Positions 57,768 to 64,000 of a stretch of 64,000 nt of DNA are shown piece after piece. This stretch comes from an uncultured Eubacteriales bacterium (GTDB taxonomy: Bacteria; Bacillota; Clostridia; Oscillospirales; QAMX01). The DNA is taken from positions 990 to 64,989 of the forward strand of contig CAUGMN010000004.1 in the NCBI GenBank assembly GCA_959600635.1, read 5' to 3'. How positions within the stretch are numbered: the first letter of the stretch is position 1; every line of letters begins with the position of its first letter. Position numbers and translations under genes: made by a program. The notes beneath the pieces are model-generated. The model ran no database searches and was not told where the DNA came from. It worked only from the letters and a program-made list of their open reading frames with translations.

Positions 57768-59222
57768 ATGAAAAAGCATTCAAGACTCTTGGCGCTTTTG
57801 CTCGCGCTCGTGATGGTTACGGCCATGTTTACCGCCTGTACCAACAACGGCGACGATCCGGACAGCACGACGCCCGCGCCACAGAGCGATACCACTGCGC
57901 CTGGGCCGGACGTTACGACCGATCCGAACCAGACCACCCAGGGCACGACTGTTGATCTGACGGGTTACGAATTCACCATCACTGGTACCAACGATGTTTT
58001 CCCGGAGACGGATGAAAACGGCGTCTACATCAACGCGACCGAACAGCAGCTGGCTGATGAACTGGCCGACCTCGAAGAGCGCCTGGGTATCACGATTACC
58101 TATCAGGATTTCTCCGGCGATAAGCTCGAAGTTTTGACCACTGCCATGCTCGCCAATACGAAGGTTGCCGATATCATCTGGGCGCACGTCGAAGTGCTGT
58201 GGCCGCTCGCCAAAATGGGCGGTATCCTCCCCTACGACGAAGGCACGCTGGCTGACCTCGGCGTCAACTGGCAGGATGAAACCCGTTGGTTTGTTCCGAC
58301 CACTGAATGGACCTCGATGTTCGGCAACGTCTGGGGCCTGAACGTCGCCAGCGAATACGTTGCGGTCAAGACCGGTTACTTCGTGCAGACCAACAAGGAA
58401 ATCTGCGCCGCCGCCGGCTACCCCGATCTATATCAGATGGTTCGCGACAAGGAGTGGACTTGGGAAGTCTACCGCGACATTGCCAAGAAGTCCACGAAGG
58501 ACCTTGACGGCGACGGTATCTACGATCAGTGGGGCACCTCCGCGACCGCGTGGGGCAACGAAGTGATGTCCAACGGCGTCCAGTACGTTGACGAAGTCGA
58601 CGGCAAGTGGACGGTCAGCATCGACAGCCAGGAAGGCATCCGCGCCCTCCAGTTCCTGTATGACATCAACTTCGGCGACGCCACCCACAACCTCACGGTT
58701 TCCAACAGCGACAACCGTCAGCTGTTCTGTGACGGCTACGCTGCGTTCAACATGTCCGACATGGGCCGTATCAATGGGCCGACGCAGCAGTGCTTCAACA
58801 CCAACCATCCGTACGGCATCGTTCCGATCCCGCTGGGCCCGGATGCCACGGAATACGCCTCTGGCCACAACGACCTCGACGGTTGGGCCATCCAGGCTTG
58901 CAATAAAGATCTGGAAAAAGTCGTTCCGATCCTCAACGAGTGGGCTCTCATCGTTAACGACACCAATGCTTATCTCGACGTCCTCAACGATGGCCGCTGC
59001 CACACCGAAGAAGACAAAGAAATGATGATCGAATACATCATCCCGAACTTCGCGCTGAACTATGCGACCGCGACCCCGGACATCTGGAGCGCTGTCGATG
59101 ACAACGACGAAGGCGGCGGTTTGATCAACGATGTTTCCTACAACGGCATGACTCCGCAGCAGGCAATTGAGACCAATAAGAACGTCATCCAGGCGGTTCT
59201 CGACTCTTTCTTCAACAAATAA
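57768..59222 (+). CDS. ABC transporter extracellular solute-binding lipoprotein (sugar-type), orphan
   Basis: Signal peptide plus lipobox (LVMVTAMFTAC). Size and composition are typical of family 1 SBPs. GGAGG RBS. No adjacent permease or ATPase genes. Confidence 0.75.
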   Translation: MKKHSRLLALLLALVMVTAMFTACTNNGDDPDSTTPAPQSDTTAPGPDVTTDPNQTTQGTTVDLTGYEFTITGTNDVFPETDENGVYINATEQQLADELADLEERLGITITYQDFSGDKLEVLTTAMLANTKVADIIWAHVEVLWPLAKMGGILPYDEGTLADLGVNWQDETRWFVPTTEWTSMFGNVWGLNVASEYVAVKTGYFVQTNKEICAAAGYPDLYQMVRDKEWTWEVYRDIAKKSTKDLDGDGIYDQWGTSATAWGNEVMSNGVQYVDEVDGKWTVSIDSQEGIRALQFLYDINFGDATHNLTVSNSDNRQLFCDGYAAFNMSDMGRINGPTQQCFNTNHPYGIVPIPLGPDATEYASGHNDLDGWAIQACNKDLEKVVPILNEWALIVNDTNAYLDVLNDGRCHTEEDKEMMIEYIIPNFALNYATATPDIWSAVDDNDEGGGLINDVSYNGMTPQQAIETNKNVIQAVLDSFFNK

Positions 59223-59628
59223 TCCATTTTTCTGCAACTTCCTCCCAATTCAACGCGTTTGGGTGGGTCAAAAGGGGCTGTAAAAAAACGCTGTTGCTTT
59301 AAAAAACAGCTCTATGAAAAGCTGCAATTCCCCGCAAAAGTCAGGAAAAACAACCTGCTTTTGCGGGGAATGATTGTGGATGATTCTTGGAATTAGAGTT
59401 TTTACAGCTCTTTTGTGGCAATAGATGACCCTAAAAGTTGAGGAATACCGCATGATTTAGGGCTGTCATGCTTTTGAATTGCATTTGCAATTTCTTCTTT
59501 GTGTTTTTCGCGGAAGCGTCGAACAGCAAAAATCAAAAATATGTCCGTATGTAATAATGCTGCGCGGTGCAGGGCGCAATCGCAATATAGGTTGCGATTG
59601 CGCCCAATGATCTTGCGATTGCCTGTTT

Positions 59629-59686
59629 GAACCGCACCCCACTTGTTGATAGCATATCATACTGTTTAACAAGAGGGGTGCGGTTC
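59629..59686. terminator. Long hairpin downstream of clpC
   Basis: GAACCGCACCCC-ACTTGTT ... AACAAG-A-GGGGTGCGGTTC. No clear T-run on either strand. Confidence 0.45.
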
Positions 59687-59720
59687 ATTTAAAGCGCACA
59701 GGGTTTTTGATAAAACTCCC

Positions 59721-62177
59721 TTATTCCTGCCGGACGGCGATCTCGCCGTTTTCGGCGGAAGCGACGACCGTGTCGCCCTTCTGAACCGACTTGTCGAGCA
59801 GCTTCTCGGACAGCGTGTCTTCCAGCTTCGAGCGGATGGTGCGGCGCAGCGGCCGCGCTCCGTAGACCGGGTCGTAGCCCGCCTTGGCGAGGCAGTCGAC
59901 GGCCGAGTCGTCCCACTTGAAGACGACGCCGAGCTCCTCCATCTTTTTCGCCAGCGTGGCGAGCATGTTGACGGCGATCTTCTTGATGTCGTCCTCAGTG
60001 AGCTTGGAGAAGACGATGATGTCGTCCACGCGGTTGAGAAATTCGGGGCGGAAGGTGCGTTTCAGCTCCTCCATGACGATCTCTTTGATGTTGCGGTCGG
60101 AGTCGTCCGTGGCTTTGAAGCCGAGGCTCTTGCCGTGGTTGGTGATGCTGCTGGCGCCGACGTTGGAGGTCATGACGATGATCGCGTTTTTGAAGCTGAC
60201 GCGGCGGCCCTGACCGTCGGTGAGGATGCCGTCCTCCATGATTTGGAGCAGGATGTTGAAGACGTCGGGGTGCGCTTTTTCGATCTCGTCGAAGAGGATG
60301 ACGCTGTAAGGCTTGCGGCGCACCTTTTCGGTGAGCTGGCCGCCCTCCTCATAGCCGACGTAGCCCGGAGGCGAGCCGACGAGGCGGCTGACCGTGTGCT
60401 TTTCCATGTACTCCGACATATCGAAGCGGAGCATCGCGTTTTCGTCGCCGAACAGGCTCTCGGCGAGCGCCTTGCAGAGCTCGGTCTTGCCCACGCCGGT
60501 CGGCCCTAAGAAGATAAACGAGCCGAGCGGGCGCTTCGGGTCTTTCAGACCGGCGCGGCCGCGGCGGATCGCCTTGGCGACTGCGGTGACGGCCTCGTCC
60601 TGTCCGACGACGCGGGCGTGCAGCACGTCCTCCATTTTCAGAAGCCGTTCGCTCTCCGTCTCGGTCAGGCGGCGCACCGGAATCCCCGTCCACGAGGAGA
60701 TGATCTCGGCGATGTCGTCGGCGCCGATGGTGTCGGAATGCGTGGTCGACGAGCTCTGCCATGCGCTGCGCTTGTCCTCGAGCTCTTTTTTCTTCTTGTT
60801 TTCCTCGTCGCGCAGAGAGGCGGCCTTTTCAAAGTCCTGCGCGCGGACGGCCTCTTCCTTTTCCACCGAGATCTGCGCGATCTCGTCTTCCAGGCTTTTG
60901 AGGTCGGCCGGCGGCGTCAGATTGGTGAGCCGCGCCTTGGCCGCGGCCTCGTCGATGAGGTCGATGGCCTTATCCGGCAGGAAACGGTCGTTAATATAGC
61001 GCGACGACATCTTGACGGCGGCCTCGATGGCCTCGTCGCTGATCTTGATTTTGTGGTGCGCCTCGTAGCGGTCGCGCAGGCCTTTGAGGATCTGGATGCT
61101 GTCCTCCTCGCTTGGCTCGCCGACCTGCACCGGCTGGAAGCGGCGTTCAAGCGCCGCGTCCTTTTCGACGTGTTTCTTGTACTCGTCGAGCGTCGTCGCG
61201 CCGATGACCTGCAACTCGCCGCGCGCCAGCGCGGGTTTGAGGATGTTGGCCGCGTCGATGGCGCCTTCCGCGCCGCCCGCGCCGATCAGGGTGTGCAGCT
61301 CGTCGATAAAGAGGATGATGTCGCCGGCTTTTTTGACCTCGTCGATAATATTGCGGATGCGCTCTTCAAACTCGCCGCGGTATTTCGTGCCGGCGATGAT
61401 GCCGGCGAGGTCGAGGGTGTAGATCTTTTTGGATTTCAGGTTTTCAGGGATGTCGCCGAGGACGATTTTCTGCGCCAGCCCTTCGACGACGGCCGTCTTG
61501 CCGACGCCCGGTTCGCCGATCAAAACGGGGTTATTTTTTGTCCGGCGCGACAGAATCTGAATGACGCGGTTGATCTCGTCGGTGCGGCCGAGGACCGGGT
61601 CGAGGTTGGAATCGGCGGCCATGGCGTTTAAGTTGCGCGCGTATTCTTTCAGCAGCTTCGGTTCGCCGCCCTTCTGCTTGGAGGCGCCGCCGCCCGGCTG
61701 AGCCGACATCGCGCCCTCGCGTTCCGGCGCGCCGTCCTCCTCGCCCTCGCCGATGGCGCTGAGGATACGCTCGACGATCTTGCGCATATCGCCGCAGAGC
61801 TCATAGAGGATACGGGCGCCGACGTTTTCGCGCTCGCGGATGATGCCGAGCAGAATGTGCTCGGTGCCGATATAGTTGTGGCGGAGACGCACCGCCTCCT
61901 CCGAGGCGTAGTTGAGAATCAGCTTGGAGCGCGGCGTCAGATCCTGCGGCTTGACGCCCGGGTCGCCGAAGCCGACATCCTCGCGGATGCGCTCGACGAC
62001 GTCGTCGGCGCTGACGCCGAGGTCGGTCAGAACGCGCGCGGCCACGCCCTCCTGCTCCCGCAGCAGGCCGAGCAGAATGTGCTCGCTGCCGATATAGCTG
62101 TGTCCCATTTCCACGGCCGAGGCATACGCTAAGCTGATGGCCTTGTTGGCGCGCTGTGTAAATCTTTTGTCTGTCAT
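59721..62177 (-). CDS. clpC: ATP-dependent Clp protease ATP-binding subunit ClpC
   Basis: Two Clp_N repeats, two AAA+ modules (GEPGVGKTA and GPTGVGKTE) and a UVR linker motif ([14 protein letters not shown]). Confidence 0.95.
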   Translation of the reverse strand: MTDKRFTQRANKAISLAYASAVEMGHSYIGSEHILLGLLREQEGVAARVLTDLGVSADDVVERIREDVGFGDPGVKPQDLTPRSKLILNYASEEAVRLRHNYIGTEHILLGIIRERENVGARILYELCGDMRKIVERILSAIGEGEEDGAPEREGAMSAQPGGGASKQKGGEPKLLKEYARNLNAMAADSNLDPVLGRTDEINRVIQILSRRTKNNPVLIGEPGVGKTAVVEGLAQKIVLGDIPENLKSKKIYTLDLAGIIAGTKYRGEFEERIRNIIDEVKKAGDIILFIDELHTLIGAGGAEGAIDAANILKPALARGELQVIGATTLDEYKKHVEKDAALERRFQPVQVGEPSEEDSIQILKGLRDRYEAHHKIKISDEAIEAAVKMSSRYINDRFLPDKAIDLIDEAAAKARLTNLTPPADLKSLEDEIAQISVEKEEAVRAQDFEKAASLRDEENKKKKELEDKRSAWQSSSTTHSDTIGADDIAEIISSWTGIPVRRLTETESERLLKMEDVLHARVVGQDEAVTAVAKAIRRGRAGLKDPKRPLGSFIFLGPTGVGKTELCKALAESLFGDENAMLRFDMSEYMEKHTVSRLVGSPPGYVGYEEGGQLTEKVRRKPYSVILFDEIEKAHPDVFNILLQIMEDGILTDGQGRRVSFKNAIIVMTSNVGASSITNHGKSLGFKATDDSDRNIKEIVMEELKRTFRPEFLNRVDDIIVFSKLTEDDIKKIAVNMLATLAKKMEELGVVFKWDDSAVDCLAKAGYDPVYGARPLRRTIRSKLEDTLSEKLLDKSVQKGDTVVASAENGEIAVRQE

Positions 62178-62320
62178 AAAAAGCCTCTTTTCTCCGCCGC
62201 GCCCAGAGGATCGGTTCCGTTCTATTTCAGTGGACAGCGCACGTCCGGCGGCGGTGGGAGGGGCGCTGTAAAGTCGGTGGTCATTTCAGATGTGAAAAAT
62301 CGATCGGGTGTTTGAGCGCG

Positions 62321-63361
62321 TTATCCGAGCCGCTTGCGCAGCAGGGCGGCGCGCGTCTCGTCGCGCTGTTCGGCTCCAGCGGAGATCGCCGCGTTCAGGC
62401 AGAGCGTCGCGGGCTGAATCTCGCTGATCAGGGCGTTGATTGTCCCGACGTCGCCGGGCAGCAGGCCGAGCGAAACGCCGAGCCGTTCGTCGCTGAGCAG
62501 GCCCATCGCCTCCTCGGCGGAGATCAGCCGCGCGGAGACTAAGAGCGCGTGCGAACGGCAGACCTTGTCTTCGAGGCGCAGCCGCTCGGCGTCCATCAGC
62601 GCTTTGCGCGCGGCGCGCTCCTCGCTGATGATCTGCGCGACGATCTCGCGCAGGTTGTCGCAGAGCTCTTTTTCCGTATAGCCGAGCGTAATCCGGTTGG
62701 AGATCTGATAAAGGTCGCCGGATTCGCGGCTGCCCTCGCCGTAATAGCCGCGGATGGCGAGCCCTAAGCTGCCCGCGGCGTTCATCAGCGCTTTCAGGCG
62801 GCCGTTGGCGGCGAGTGCCGGGAGGTGAAGCATGACCGAGGCGCGCAGCCCGGTGCCGAGATTGGTCGGGCAGTGGGTCAGATAGCCGAGCTTGTCGTCA
62901 AAGGCGTAGCGCGCGCCGTGGGCGTTCAGCCCCTCGTCGATGAGCGTGTCGATCTTGACAGCGCAGTCGAGGCATTCGTCGATACAGAGCCCGGTGCCGA
63001 TGACTTGGAGCCGGATGTGATCCTCCTCGTTGATCATCACGGAGATCCCCTCGTCCGACGAGAGGCACAGCGCGCGCGGCAGCGAGCTCTTGGCAAACTC
63101 CGGCGAGATCAGGTGGCGCTCCACGAGGCTGACGCGCTCGGCATCCGACATCGACGAGGATTTTTTCAGCGTAAAAACGTCTTTGGTGACGGGGTTCTCC
63201 ATGAGCTGAGACGAGCAGAGCGCGACGATTTTTTCCGCGTCCTCCGCGCTCTGGCGGGCGCCGAAGGGAATGCCCTCGATGTTGCGCGCTAAGCGGACGC
63301 GCGTGCTGACGGCGATGTCGCCGTCGCTGCCGTTTATGTCAAACCAGTTTTTGTTTTCCAT
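62321..63361 (-). CDS. mcsB: Protein arginine kinase McsB
   Basis: ATP:guanido phosphotransferase fold (VSTRVRLARNIEGIPF, NEEDHIRLQ, CPTNLGTGLRASVMLHLP). Start at ATG 63361. Confidence 0.9.
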   Translation of the reverse strand: MENKNWFDINGSDGDIAVSTRVRLARNIEGIPFGARQSAEDAEKIVALCSSQLMENPVTKDVFTLKKSSSMSDAERVSLVERHLISPEFAKSSLPRALCLSSDEGISVMINEEDHIRLQVIGTGLCIDECLDCAVKIDTLIDEGLNAHGARYAFDDKLGYLTHCPTNLGTGLRASVMLHLPALAANGRLKALMNAAGSLGLAIRGYYGEGSRESGDLYQISNRITLGYTEKELCDNLREIVAQIISEERAARKALMDAERLRLEDKVCRSHALLVSARLISAEEAMGLLSDERLGVSLGLLPGDVGTINALISEIQPATLCLNAAISAGAEQRDETRAALLRKRLG

Positions 63362-63526
63362 GTATAGAACCATTCCTTTCGCGTGATTTCGCTTGAAAAA
63401 TGGATTGGATTCAGCCGCAGTCTGTGCGGCGTGACTGGCGTCCGGCCGCAGAAGCCGCCGGACAGAGCCGGTCACAGATGGATATGTCCGCGGCGCGGCC
63501 GGTATGCCGCCGCAGGCGAGCAGCCG

Positions 63527-64000
63527 TTACGCCTTGCCGTCCTGTTTCAGGGCGTTGATCTGGTCGCGCAACACGGCGGCCTTTTCAAAGTTTTCCTCCC
63601 GGATCGCCTCGTCAAGCTCTTTTTTCAGCTTTGTCAGCTGTTTCTCGGCCTCGTTGACCGGCGCCTCCGGCTTTTTGGCGGAAAGCGGAACCCGACCGCG
63701 GTGCGCCACGTGGCCGTGCAGCTTGGCGATATAGGGAGAAAACATCTGCGCGAAGGTGCGGTAGCATTCCGAACAGCCCGCGTAGGCGCTCTTGGCGATC
63801 TCTGCGGAGGTCGCGCCGCAGAGGCTGCACACGCGCCGCGCCGGCTCGGCATGGCCCCTCAGCGCGCCGGAGAGCAGGGAGGCGATGCCGCCGAAGGGCT
63901 CGCCCGTCCCCATCAGACTGTGCGCCGACTCGGCGGCGCAGGACGGACAGAGATGCAGCTCCGTTATCTGTCCGTTGACGTTTTGTTTATAATGATAAGT
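63527..64000 (-). CDS. mcsA: McsA (UVR-domain activator of McsB), 5' end outside the window
   Basis: Cys-pair zinc motifs (LCPSC, CSLCG, CSECY) and C-terminal UVR motif EENFEKAAVLRDQINALK. The frame stays open from 63913 to the window edge. Confidence 0.8.
   Translation of the reverse strand, partial: TYHYKQNVNGQITELHLCPSCAAESAHSLMGTGEPFGGIASLLSGALRGHAEPARRVCSLCGATSAEIAKSAYAGCSECYRTFAQMFSPYIAKLHGHVAHRGRVPLSAKKPEAPVNEAEKQLTKLKKELDEAIREENFEKAAVLRDQINALKQDGKA

Overview
This is a chromosomal segment from a high-GC Firmicutes/Clostridia-type genome. That placement is an inference from operon types: rpsL-rpsG-fusA-tuf, mcsA-mcsB-clpC, ROK glucokinase and Na+-pump decarboxylase genes. Most of the window is ordinary housekeeping and carbohydrate metabolism. 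This includes the str operon, class III heat-shock genes, recQ, mutM, cls, deoC, an HtrA-like protease, one tRNA-Trp, a MATE exporter, several cytoplasmic glycoside hydrolases and an orphan sugar-binding lipoprotein. I saw no rRNA, CRISPR array, transposase, integrase or recognisable defence gene. Several things stand out: (1) at the left edge, an AT-rich two-gene cassette (DUF6883-like C-terminal domain plus a DUF4926-like small protein) lies between two ~290-bp near-identical direct repeats, like a polymorphic-toxin or orphan-module locus; (2) a structured ~100-170-nt repeat occurs twice, each time ending in a T-run directly 5' of the Shine-Dalgarno of an unrelated gene; (3) an M32 carboxypeptidase gene is precisely interrupted by a perfect 2 x 77-bp tandem insertion; (4) an orphan consensus promoter plus intrinsic terminator unit (~140 nt) contains no closed ORF and is an sRNA candidate; (5) an XRE-HTH protein has a Cys/His/Asp-containing 15-residue repeat encoded by 45-bp tandem repeats; (6) an ABC exporter pair with N-terminal zinc-ribbon domains flanks a DUF1854-like gene; (7) a Na+-decarboxylase cluster carries both 12S-type and 5S-type carboxyltransferases; (8) a perfect consensus promoter is followed by a ~210-nt leader upstream of an unknown membrane protein. 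All family names come from motif recognition by eye and need HMM or BLAST confirmation. None of these is demonstrably a new system from sequence alone.
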